DNA of 64,000 nt, taken from positions 21,789 through 85,788 of the forward strand of contig CAZNUA010000002.1 in assembly GCA_964576115.1 (NCBI GenBank), written 5' to 3'. Positions 55,587 through 64,000 of the stretch are shown here, one piece after another. The notes below the pieces were generated by a model. That model was not told the DNA's origin and searched no databases. It saw nothing but the letters and a program-made list of their open reading frames with translations. Positions within the stretch are counted from its first letter, which is position 1, and every line of letters starts with the position of its first letter. Made by a program: the position numbers and the translations under genes. The stretch is from an uncultured Gemmatimonadota bacterium (GTDB lineage: Bacteria; Blakebacterota; Blakebacteria; Blakebacterales; Blakebacteraceae).

Positions 55587-57266
55587 TTAGATGCTCAGTT
55601 CCTGTACGGCGGGCCGGTTCAATCGGGAGTCGAACATGAGCCGCGTCACGATCAGAGCGGTGAAGACCGATGAGATGATGCCGATCGAGAGGGTCAGGGC
55701 GAAACCCCGGATCGGGCCGGTGCCGAACTGATAGAGGACCAGGGCCGTGATGAGGGTGGTGATGTTGGCGTCGAGGATGGCGCTGGTCGCGTTGGCATAG
55801 CCGGCCTCGACCGCTGCCCGGATGGTCTTGCCCGAACGCAGTTCCTCCTTGATGCGGTCGTAGATCAGCACGTTGGCATCCACGGCCATACCCACCGTGA
55901 GCAGAATGCCGGCGATGCCGGGCAGGGTCAGGGTGAAACCGAAGCCGGCCAGCACCGCCAGGACGAAGAGGATGTTCAGGAACAGCGCCGTATCGGCGAT
56001 CAGCCCCGAACCGCGGTAGTAGGCGATCATGAAGAAGATGACCGCGATCAGTCCGATCAGGGTGCTCATGGTGCCCGAGCGCACGCTGTCGGCCCCCAGG
56101 CTGGGTCCGACGGTGCGGTTCTCGACGATCCGGGCGTCAGCGGGCAGAGCCCCCGAACGCAGGGTGATCGAGATGTTGCGGGCTTCGTCCATGTCGCCGA
56201 TACCGGTGATGCGCGCATCGCGACCCAGAGCGTCCTCGATGACCGGGGCCACCGCCACCCGGCTGTCGAGCACGATCGCCATCCGCTGCCCGACGTTGAC
56301 GCGGGTCACGCGCATAAGCTTCCGACCCCCCTCGGTGTTGAGCCGGAAGTTGACCACCGGCTGACCGGCGGCCCGCGGATCGGAGGGCGCGCCGATGGTG
56401 ACCTGGGCGTCTTCCAGGTCGTCCCCGGTCACGATCGGCGAGGCTTCGAGCAGGTAGAGCTCGCGGTAATTTACATCGGTAGTCGAGAACCTTTCGTCGG
56501 CCCACATGGCCCAGTTGACGGTGGCGTCTTCGGGGACGAGCCGGGCGATCTCGGGCAGGGCCAGGATCGAGTCGATCCAGGCCATCTTCCTTTCCTCGGC
56601 CCAGACCACCTCGGGGGAGCGGGGATCCTGCAGCAGGTAGTAGTTGAGGGGCTGCTCGGGAATCGCGGTGGAGTCGGCCGCCGTCGAATCGAGGCCGGCG
56701 ATGCCGGAGAAGAGGTCCTCGTCCTGACTGACCACATGCCAGCCGATGCGCTCGCGGTCGATCGAGCCCGCCAGGAGACCCTCGCGCAGGGTGCGGTTCA
56801 TCCGGTGCAGCAGGTCGGCCAGGATCTCCTCCGATTTCAGGAGGTTGTACGTCAGCACCGCCGTGCGCCCCACCAGATCGCGGGCGGCCTCGGGGTTAGA
56901 AACCCCGGCCAGCTCGATGATCACCCGGTCGCGCCCCTGGGTCTGAATGATCGGTTCGGCGATGCCGTACTGGTCGATCCGGTTCCGGATGATCCTGGCA
57001 AATCGTTCCTGGGCGTCGCTGCGGGCGTCGGGGGGCAGCGATTCGAGATCGATCTCCATGACCAGGTGCATTCCCCCGCGCAGGTCGAGACCCAGCTGAA
57101 TGGCCCTGTCTTCCAGGTCGCGCCACCGGTCGGGATGCAGCTCCTGCATGTCCTGACGATCCTGAGGATCCATCAGCGACATGCGAACCGTCGGCCAGAG
57201 CGACCAGAAGGAACCGATGATGAGGACGATGACGAGTCCGATGCGGAAGCGATTGTCCCGTTTCAC
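55587..57266 (-). CDS. secD: protein translocase subunit SecD
   Basis: SecD periplasmic and TM domains (LGLDLRGGMHLVMEID...). Start set at GTG (VKRDNRF) before the first TM; the track ORF extends to 57368 with a non-protein-like extension. Confidence 0.85.
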   Translation of the reverse strand: MKRDNRFRIGLVIVLIIGSFWSLWPTVRMSLMDPQDRQDMQELHPDRWRDLEDRAIQLGLDLRGGMHLVMEIDLESLPPDARSDAQERFARIIRNRIDQYGIAEPIIQTQGRDRVIIELAGVSNPEAARDLVGRTAVLTYNLLKSEEILADLLHRMNRTLREGLLAGSIDRERIGWHVVSQDEDLFSGIAGLDSTAADSTAIPEQPLNYYLLQDPRSPEVVWAEERKMAWIDSILALPEIARLVPEDATVNWAMWADERFSTTDVNYRELYLLEASPIVTGDDLEDAQVTIGAPSDPRAAGQPVVNFRLNTEGGRKLMRVTRVNVGQRMAIVLDSRVAVAPVIEDALGRDARITGIGDMDEARNISITLRSGALPADARIVENRTVGPSLGADSVRSGTMSTLIGLIAVIFFMIAYYRGSGLIADTALFLNILFVLAVLAGFGFTLTLPGIAGILLTVGMAVDANVLIYDRIKEELRSGKTIRAAVEAGYANATSAILDANITTLITALVLYQFGTGPIRGFALTLSIGIISSVFTALIVTRLMFDSRLNRPAVQELSI

Positions 57267-57499
57267 GCTCTTTTCCGCCTCACTGAAGGAGAGATAGGCA
57301 GCGGGGATAGCACATTCCCCTGTGAAGCCGTGAAAAGTACGGGCGGGCAGGTGAGGTGTCAACCTCACCCCTCAGCCAGGCCCCGCCGAAAGCGGGTGGG
57401 CCGCCGGCTGTTTCCACCCGTCAGGCTCCCGGTGTCGGGGTGCAGATCGGCTGACACTGCCGATTGTGTCCCCGGCCCCGACCGGGCTATGCTCGACCC

Positions 57500-58663
57500 A
57501 TGTCCGGATCCCGCCCATACCGCATGCCCCTGCTCTACCGGATCGTGCGCGGACTCATCCGCCCCCTGCTGCGGGCCTGGTGCGGCCTGCGGCACCCCCC
57601 GTCCGATTCCATCCCCGCCTCGGGACCACTGGTGGTCGTGGCCAATCACCGCTCCTATCTCGACGCCTTCCTGCTGGCCGCCGCCTTTCCCCGGCCGGTT
57701 CATTTCATCGCTTCGGCCGAGGCCTTCCGTCCCGGCCTCCAGCGTCTCTTCATGCGTCGCCTGGGTTGCATCCGGCTCCGGCGGTGGGTGCCCGATCCGC
57801 AGGCGATCCGGAACGTCCTCACGATCCTGAAAGCGGGGGGCGTGGTGGGGATTTTTCCCGAGGGCGAGCGGAGCTGGGACGGCAGTCCCGCTCCCATCCT
57901 GCCCGGGGTTCCCCGCCTCATCGCCCTGGCCGGAGCGCCGGTCGTGGCTGTCCGGCTGAAAGGTTCCTACCGGCTCTGGCCTCGCTGGGGCCGTTCCCTG
58001 CGGCATGCCGCGGTCGACGTGGAGTGGGGTGCGCCACAGGCGCCCGGAAGCGAGGCCGAGGTCAGGATCGCTCTGGTCGAGGCGCTGGCCACCCATCCGG
58101 GTGCCCCGTCCGACCGGCGCCGGAGTGCCGAGGACGTCGGTCGCCTGCTCTGGCGCTGTCCGAGCTGCGGGGGAATCAACGGTGTCCGGGGGGAGCGGGA
58201 CGGGAGAGTCTACTGCCTGCACTGCGGCGCCCGCGGTACTCTCCTGGACGGATCGCATCTGGTCTGGTCCGGGGAGGGGCCGCATTCCCTGCGCCACTGG
58301 GCCCGCCGGGTGGCGCTCACCGTCGACGAGCGGCAGCGGCTGGCACCACCCGGTCCCGAACCGGTCCGCCGCTGGCCGTTCCTGAGACTGGCTTCGGGAT
58401 CGGGGGACGCGCCGCTGCGCCGGCGGGGCCGCGGCGAAGCGCTCCTTACTCCGCGGGCCCTGATCCTGCGTTCGGAGGGCTGGCGGGCGTTCGTGCCCGC
58501 CGAGACGATCCGCTCGGTCACCGTGGAGGGCTCGCACAAGATCCAGCTCGCCACCCCCGACCGGATCTACGAGCTGCGTTACCGCCGGGGCAGCCCCCGG
58601 GGCCCCCGCGCCCATCTCGAAGCGTGGCTCGACAGCCGGGATATCCTCTACCGCCGGGCCTGA
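57500..58663 (+). CDS. lysophospholipid acyltransferase (PlsC/LPLAT family) fused to a C-terminal zinc-ribbon-containing domain
   Basis: Acyltransferase HxxxxD motif (ANHRSYLD) and FPEGER motif; C-terminal CPSCGG...CLHCG ribbon plus about 150 aa of unknown function. Confidence 0.7.
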   Translation: MSGSRPYRMPLLYRIVRGLIRPLLRAWCGLRHPPSDSIPASGPLVVVANHRSYLDAFLLAAAFPRPVHFIASAEAFRPGLQRLFMRRLGCIRLRRWVPDPQAIRNVLTILKAGGVVGIFPEGERSWDGSPAPILPGVPRLIALAGAPVVAVRLKGSYRLWPRWGRSLRHAAVDVEWGAPQAPGSEAEVRIALVEALATHPGAPSDRRRSAEDVGRLLWRCPSCGGINGVRGERDGRVYCLHCGARGTLLDGSHLVWSGEGPHSLRHWARRVALTVDERQRLAPPGPEPVRRWPFLRLASGSGDAPLRRRGRGEALLTPRALILRSEGWRAFVPAETIRSVTVEGSHKIQLATPDRIYELRYRRGSPRGPRAHLEAWLDSRDILYRRA

Positions 58664-58680
58664 AGCCGTCCGGATCCCTC

Positions 58681-60255
58681 TCAGGGATAGAGCAGTGTCT
58701 TCACCCCCACCGGGGCCATGAGCCGCCAGATCGGCAGGACCGAGCCGGGCATTTCGCGCTCGCCCCGCACCGTTGACCCGCGCAGGGTCAGGTGATCGAG
58801 GAAGTTCCAGGCCACCAGGCTGTCTTCGGTGTCGGGCTCGAGCAGGTAGGCGGCCAGGGTGCCGGCGTTCTGTCCGGTGCGCACGACATAGGTGCCCGCC
58901 GGAAGTTCGATCTCGGCCTCCTCGACCTCGACCTCGACCGTAGCCATGAGGTGGTTCTGATAGGGCCGGGTCTCCCATTCGGCGTTCACGACCCGGTACT
59001 GCTCGACCGCCACCGTGATCGGCTCCTGCAGACTCTCCACTTCGACGGCATGGCGCCGCAGGTGATCGGCCATCTCGTGCAGGGTACCGTCGAAGGCATA
59101 GGCCCACGGGCGGGCGCGGGTAACCGAGGCCACGTAGCGGGTGCCGAGCCGGCCCTCGACCAGTCGGGTTTCGCCGCTCTGACGGTCGCGGACGTAAAAC
59201 TCGACCGTGCCGGGATACGTCGTCTGCTCCCAGCCGATCACGACCTCGCCGCGCTCGCGCTCGAGGGTCCGGCGGCGGGCCTGCCGGATGGTATCGCGGA
59301 CCAGATCGGCATTCTCGGCCACATACCGCAGCAGGGCCTCCTGCCCTTCGCGCTGGGAGCGAGCCTGCAGTTCCAGGTCTCCGCCGGGGCACTCGTAGAG
59401 CAAAGCAATCATGTTCTGAAAGCCGCTGTAGGAGTGCTGCTTGCGCAGCCACGGAACGGTCGTCTGCCAGACCCACTCACCGCTCTCAGGATCCTGCCGG
59501 GGGCCGGAGTAGTAAAAGAGCATCAGGTCCTCGGTCTCCATGTGAGCCCTGACGGCCTCGAACATGGGGCCGTTGGCCAGGGCCACCAGGTCGGGATCGG
59601 CAGCCGGGTGCAGGGTGGTCTGGTAGGTCAGGTTATAGGGCCGCGAGCCGCCGTTGTGCGAATCGAGATGTACGTCGGGCCACCACTCGGTCAGGACCTG
59701 CTCGACCACGGCGCTGATCTCGGGCGTTTCCAGAGCCACGTAGTCGCGGTTCATGTCATAGCCCAGCGCGTTGGTGCGCGAGGGGCGGGGCCGGCGGTTG
59801 GCGCCGTCGGGATTGATGCTGGGGATGATCAGAACGTTGATCTGCTCGAGCAGGGGCTGCAGCTCGCCCAGGGCGAGCTCGCGCAGCAGTTGCAGGCCCC
59901 CCTCGCGCCCCGAGAGTTCGCCCCCGTGCACGTTCTGCACCAGCAGCACGGTCGGCTTGCCCGAGAGCCAGGCCGTGCCTGGAGTTGCGGTGGGCGGGTC
60001 GCCGAGCGAAACCAGATACACCTTCCGCCCTTCGGCGGTGGTGGTCAAATGCCGGATCAGCATCCGATCGGTCAGGGCCTGCACCGCGAAGAGGAAGTCC
60101 ACCAGTTCTTCGTGGTTGGTGTGCCGCTCCCAGTTGGCCTGCTCGGCTCCGGTCTGCGGCCAGGCCTGAGCCCGGGCCGGGGGACCGGAGGGCAGGGTCA
60201 GGACCAGCGCGAGCGCGAGCGCAACCGCGCCGGGCACAGATAGGCTCTTGGGCAT
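58681..60255 (-). CDS. M14-family zinc carboxypeptidase, secreted
   Basis: Signal peptide; M14 motifs (LVQNVHGGE, DSHNGGS). Confidence 0.75.
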   Translation of the reverse strand: MPKSLSVPGAVALALALVLTLPSGPPARAQAWPQTGAEQANWERHTNHEELVDFLFAVQALTDRMLIRHLTTTAEGRKVYLVSLGDPPTATPGTAWLSGKPTVLLVQNVHGGELSGREGGLQLLRELALGELQPLLEQINVLIIPSINPDGANRRPRPSRTNALGYDMNRDYVALETPEISAVVEQVLTEWWPDVHLDSHNGGSRPYNLTYQTTLHPAADPDLVALANGPMFEAVRAHMETEDLMLFYYSGPRQDPESGEWVWQTTVPWLRKQHSYSGFQNMIALLYECPGGDLELQARSQREGQEALLRYVAENADLVRDTIRQARRRTLERERGEVVIGWEQTTYPGTVEFYVRDRQSGETRLVEGRLGTRYVASVTRARPWAYAFDGTLHEMADHLRRHAVEVESLQEPITVAVEQYRVVNAEWETRPYQNHLMATVEVEVEEAEIELPAGTYVVRTGQNAGTLAAYLLEPDTEDSLVAWNFLDHLTLRGSTVRGEREMPGSVLPIWRLMAPVGVKTLLYP

Positions 60256-60286
60256 GAGTATCGTCCTCTCTCGGGATTCCCGGTTC

Positions 60287-61009
60287 TCAGAGCGCAGTCC
60301 GGATCAGCTCGATCATGTCCCGGACCGCCTGTTCCATACCGACCATCATCGAACGGGCCATGATCGAGTGGCCGATGTTGAGTTCCTCGACTTCGGGTAT
60401 GGCGGCCACCGGCTGGACATTGTGGTAGGTCAGGCCGTGTCCGGCGCTGACCCCCAGCCCGAGCTTGGCCGATGCCTGGGCCGCCCGTTCGAGCTTCTCG
60501 AGTTCGATGGCTTCGTCGACGGCGTTTTTCGCTCCGGCATAGGTCCCGGTGTGCAGTTCCACGAAGTCGGCGCCGGTCCGGGCCGACTCCTTGATCTGGA
60601 CCACATCGGGATCGATGAACAGGCTCACCACGATGCCGGCGCTTTTCAGCGAACTGACCGTCGAGGTGACCCGCTGTACGGCGGTGCGTACATCGAGCCC
60701 GCCCTCGGTGGTGAGCTCCTCTCTCTTCTCCGGTACCAGCGTGACCATGTCGGGCTTCACCTTCAGGGCGGTCTGAACCATCGCCTCCACAGCCGCCATC
60801 TCGAGGTTGAGGTGGCTGGTGACGGTATGCCGCAGCAGGGTGAGATCGCGATCCTGGATGTGTCGACGGTCCTCGCGCAGGTGACAGACGATCCCGTCGG
60901 CACCGCCCATATCGGCCAGCAAGGCGGCCTGTACCGGATCGGGTTCGACGGTCTTGCGGGCCTGCCGCACGGTGGCGACATGATCGATGTTCACACCGAG
61001 TCGGGTCAT
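60287..61009 (-). CDS. pdxJ: pyridoxine 5'-phosphate synthase
   Basis: [19 protein letters not shown]-terminus and full-length PdxJ TIM-barrel pattern. Confidence 0.9.
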   Translation of the reverse strand: MTRLGVNIDHVATVRQARKTVEPDPVQAALLADMGGADGIVCHLREDRRHIQDRDLTLLRHTVTSHLNLEMAAVEAMVQTALKVKPDMVTLVPEKREELTTEGGLDVRTAVQRVTSTVSSLKSAGIVVSLFIDPDVVQIKESARTGADFVELHTGTYAGAKNAVDEAIELEKLERAAQASAKLGLGVSAGHGLTYHNVQPVAAIPEVEELNIGHSIMARSMMVGMEQAVRDMIELIRTAL

Positions 61010-62238
61010 GGTCTCCTCCCCGGCCGGTTGAGTAACCGGTCGACGGTAACGAATTCGAAACCTGCTTCGCGCGCTTGCGGAATCCGGCGTTGCAGCACCG
61101 TCAGGGTGTTGGCCCGGGGGTGGCCGATGACAACGGCCCGTCCCGTGCGCCGGGCCCGGTCGAGAGCGCTGGCGAACTGCCGTTCGATGATCTCCGGATC
61201 ATCTTCGGGATCGAGAAAGACATCCCGTTCGGCCCAGGGAATGGCCGCCCGCTCGGCCTCGGCGGCGGCCACCGAAGAGGCGATCGTGCGGGAGTCGAGA
61301 AAGAAGAGTCCGCGGTCGGCCAGGGCGCGCATGAGCGCCCGCATCAGGTCGGGATCGGCGGTGGCCGCCGAACCCATATGGTTGTTCAGTCCCCGGGCCC
61401 CGGGAACCTCGGACAGGGCCGCCGCGACCAGGGCATCGACGTCGTCGCGGGCGGTGGTGGTGTAAAGCGCCCCCTCACCCAGTTCCCACTCTTCCCCCGC
61501 TTCCGGTTCCATCGGCATGTGGACCAGGAGGCAGACACCGCGGGCCGAGAACCAGCGGGCCTGCCGGGTCGCTGAGGGGGTGCCCGGTATGACGGTGGCG
61601 GTCCAGGGGATACCGAGACCGACGAAGGCGTCCAGAGTGGCCTGCGAAGCGCGTCCGAAATCGTCGATGACCAGGGCCAGACGGCCGGCGTGCCGGCGGT
61701 AGCCCGAGTAACGCTGCAGCACAAAGCGGTGGGTCATGACCCCCCGCCGGGCCACCTCGAGTTCGACCCGGGCGGCACTGTGCTCGACCCCCCGGACGAT
61801 GCCGCCCCCCAGAGATTCGACCGCCCGCGTCATGGCCAGGTTGAGAACCTCCTTGTGCAGATCGCCGGGGAAGCGGAATTCCATAACGGTCAGGACCGAG
61901 TCACCCCCGGTGCTCCCCGGTTCGAAGCGCATGATCCAGCTTTCCCGCAGCCCGAGGGCGGCGGCGGCGTCACGGGCAGCGAGTTCGACTTCGACGCACC
62001 AGGCCGCCAGGTCTTCGTCGACCGCCCCCTCCCCCCCTTCGGGCAGCCCCCCCCTGCCGCCGAGCAGGTGAGCCAGCACCGCCACCACGATGACCACGCC
62101 GAGGGCTCCACCGAGCAGCCGCAGCGCCGTCCCGGAGAGGGCGGGCAGGCGCAACGCGGGACGCGCCGCAGGGCGCCGGCGGCCGCTGACTTTAGCCCGG
62201 TCCTCCCGGCTCAGCCGGTGGCGCAGTCCCGGTTTCAT
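61006..62238 (-). CDS. divergent polysaccharide deacetylase family protein (YibQ-like) with N-terminal membrane anchor
   Basis: PF04748-like core (LALVIDDFG...[11 protein letters not shown]...GLNNHMGS...VVIGHP); stop overlaps the pdxJ start. Confidence 0.65.
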   Translation of the reverse strand: MKPGLRHRLSREDRAKVSGRRRPAARPALRLPALSGTALRLLGGALGVVIVVAVLAHLLGGRGGLPEGGEGAVDEDLAAWCVEVELAARDAAAALGLRESWIMRFEPGSTGGDSVLTVMEFRFPGDLHKEVLNLAMTRAVESLGGGIVRGVEHSAARVELEVARRGVMTHRFVLQRYSGYRRHAGRLALVIDDFGRASQATLDAFVGLGIPWTATVIPGTPSATRQARWFSARGVCLLVHMPMEPEAGEEWELGEGALYTTTARDDVDALVAAALSEVPGARGLNNHMGSAATADPDLMRALMRALADRGLFFLDSRTIASSVAAAEAERAAIPWAERDVFLDPEDDPEIIERQFASALDRARRTGRAVVIGHPRANTLTVLQRRIPQAREAGFEFVTVDRLLNRPGRRP

Positions 62239-62249
62239 GCGGCGGCGGC

Positions 62250-63869
62250 TCACACCCAGACCCCCTGCAGGAGGACGTCGTGCTCGGGAAAAGCCTCGAT
62301 GTGACCGAAGGCGGCCGGCAGGTACTCGGAAATATCCCCCGCCATGAGGCTCCACTCCCCGACGTCGCAGGCCGCCAGATCGGCGGCCAGGGAGTGCAGG
62401 TACACTCCCAGAGCCGCTGCTTCGAAGGGTTCGAGCCCCTGTCCCAGCAGGGCGGCGATCACGCCGGTGAGGACGTCCCCGGTCCCCCCCGATCCCATCC
62501 CCGGATTGCCGAGAGGACAGAGGGCAACCTTCCGGCCCCCGTCGGCGATAACGGTCGGCGCTCCCTTGAGTACCGCCACCGCCCGGTAGCGACGGGCCAG
62601 CTCGACGGCGGCCGCGAGCCGGTCCCCGGCGATCTGTCCGGTTGCAGAACCGAGCAGGCGGGCGGCTTCGCCGGGATGGGGGGTCAGCACGGCCGGGCCC
62701 GCCCACGCCGCGCGCCGCTCGGGGTCGGCGGCCAGGAGATTGAGCCCGTCGGCATCCACCACCAGGGTATGATTTTCATCGGCGGATTCGATCGCCTCGG
62801 CGAAGAAGGCGTCCGTTTCGGCGGCCGTTCCCAGCCCCGGGCCGAGAGCCACCACGTCGGACCAGGCATAGACTTCCTCGAGTGCACGCAGGTCGCCGGG
62901 CACGAACCGGCCGGCGCCGTCATCGGGGATCGGGGTGACCATGATCTCGTCCCGCCCGGAGTGAGCCACCGCGAGCAGGCTTTCGGGGGCAACGTAACGC
63001 ACCAGCCCCGCGCCGGCGCGGTAAGCCGCCGTGCAGGCCAGCCGTCCCGCCCCCATCATGCCCGCCGATCCGGCCACGATCGCCACCCGCCCGAAATGGC
63101 CCTTGTGCGCGTCGAGCGGCCGGGGGGGCAGGTGCAGGAGCGCCCAGCGGTGGTCGAGACAGAAGAGTTCGCGTTCGCGCTCGCGCCCTGTCACCGCCGT
63201 GGGGGGGATCCCGATATCGGCCACCCGGATGGCTCCGCAGTGTGCCCGCCCGGGGTGGAGCAGGAGACCGAGCTTGGGGTAGGCCATGGTGACCGTCTCG
63301 ACCGCCAGGACCGCTTCCCCGTCCACCCGACCGTCGTCGGAACCGACCCCCGAGGGTATGTCAACCGCCACCACGGGGCGTCCCGAGAGGTTCATGGCGG
63401 CGATCAGAGAGGCTCCCGGCTCGCGGGGCGCCCCGGTCATGCCGGTCCCGAAGAGGGCGTCCACCACCACTCCGGCCGGCCGCCACGCCTCGGCCAGCGC
63501 CCCCGGACTCACCCGGCCGGAACCGAGTTCGTGGATCGCGACTTCTCCGGCCAGCTCGGGCGCCTCATCGAGCAGGCGCTGCCAGTTCGTCCCGGCGTCT
63601 CCGGTCAGCTCGTCGGTTTCGGCCGCCAGCCAGACGTCGACCGCATGGCCGCCGGCGGCCAGCAGACGGGCGGCCACGAGGCCGTCACCACCGTTGTTGC
63701 CCTTGCCGCAGAGGATGACGACCGGTCCGGTTTCTTCGGCCAGATGCTCTTCGACCGCGGCAGCCACTCCCTGTCCGGCTCTCTCCATGAGTTGCAGCGA
63801 GGGGATCTCGAGCTCCTCTATGGCCCGGCGATCGGCAGCCTGCATCTCGGTACGGGTCAACAACAGCAT
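62250..63869 (-). CDS. nnr: bifunctional NAD(P)H-hydrate repair enzyme (epimerase + ADP-dependent dehydratase)
   Basis: N-terminal YjeF_N (ILCGKGNNGGDGLVAARLL) and C-terminal carbohydrate-kinase-like domain (GSGGTGDVLTGVIAALL). Confidence 0.85.
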   Translation of the reverse strand: MLLLTRTEMQAADRRAIEELEIPSLQLMERAGQGVAAAVEEHLAEETGPVVILCGKGNNGGDGLVAARLLAAGGHAVDVWLAAETDELTGDAGTNWQRLLDEAPELAGEVAIHELGSGRVSPGALAEAWRPAGVVVDALFGTGMTGAPREPGASLIAAMNLSGRPVVAVDIPSGVGSDDGRVDGEAVLAVETVTMAYPKLGLLLHPGRAHCGAIRVADIGIPPTAVTGRERERELFCLDHRWALLHLPPRPLDAHKGHFGRVAIVAGSAGMMGAGRLACTAAYRAGAGLVRYVAPESLLAVAHSGRDEIMVTPIPDDGAGRFVPGDLRALEEVYAWSDVVALGPGLGTAAETDAFFAEAIESADENHTLVVDADGLNLLAADPERRAAWAGPAVLTPHPGEAARLLGSATGQIAGDRLAAAVELARRYRAVAVLKGAPTVIADGGRKVALCPLGNPGMGSGGTGDVLTGVIAALLGQGLEPFEAAALGVYLHSLAADLAACDVGEWSLMAGDISEYLPAAFGHIEAFPEHDVLLQGVWV

Positions 63870-64000
63870 CTCTTCACTCTCCCGGTTCCTGCATGATGGC
63901 CACGGCCCCGGCCAGGCCGCGGGTGTGGGTCAGACTGACGTGGAAACGGGCCGCTCCCGCCCGTGCGGCAGCCGTGCCGTGCAGGCGGATCGAGGGCGCA

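Noticed and set aside
1-64000. Searched by eye for CRISPR arrays, IS elements/transposases, integrases, rRNA genes, restriction-modification or other defence-system hallmarks (nuclease/helicase/Walker-ATPase clusters)
   Set aside because: None found: no regularly spaced direct repeats, no transposase/integrase-like ORFs, no terminal inverted repeats; the window appears to be core chromosome with accessory-like regulatory modules rather than a mobile or defence island

Overview
High-GC window (roughly 68-70% G+C by eye) of a bacterial chromosome, gene-dense on both strands. It carries no recognisable mobile elements, CRISPR arrays or rRNA. About 55 protein-coding genes can be supported; they are listed under features. 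Two RNA genes are called: a canonical tRNA-Leu(CAG) and a non-canonical tRNA-like gene with a UCA anticodon that looks like a selenocysteine tRNA. Four ECF sigma factors sit in 64 kb, each with a different membrane-protein partner. Several features (T9SS C-terminal sorting domain, DUF5683, TSP3-OmpA, BNR/sortilin-like protein, ECF density) point to an FCB-group, Gemmatimonadota- or Rhodothermota-like organism; this is inference only. The most interesting candidates are: the tRNA-Sec-like gene; a divergent pair of a serine-palmitoyltransferase-like alpha-oxoamine synthase and an NAD-dependent reductase (sphingolipid or capnine-type sulfonolipid head-group module); an ECF sigma/anti-sigma/double-zinc-ribbon membrane protein operon preceded by an orphan Phd/YefM-like antitoxin gene with direct-repeat operators; an ECF sigma paired with a secreted bactofilin-like beta-helix multi-TM protein; and an rsmF gene split by a frameshift at a homopolymer. 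Many long antisense ORFs in the six-frame track are high-GC artefacts and were rejected. Coordinates may be off by 1-2 nt where start codons were inferred by codon arithmetic from the ORF track.
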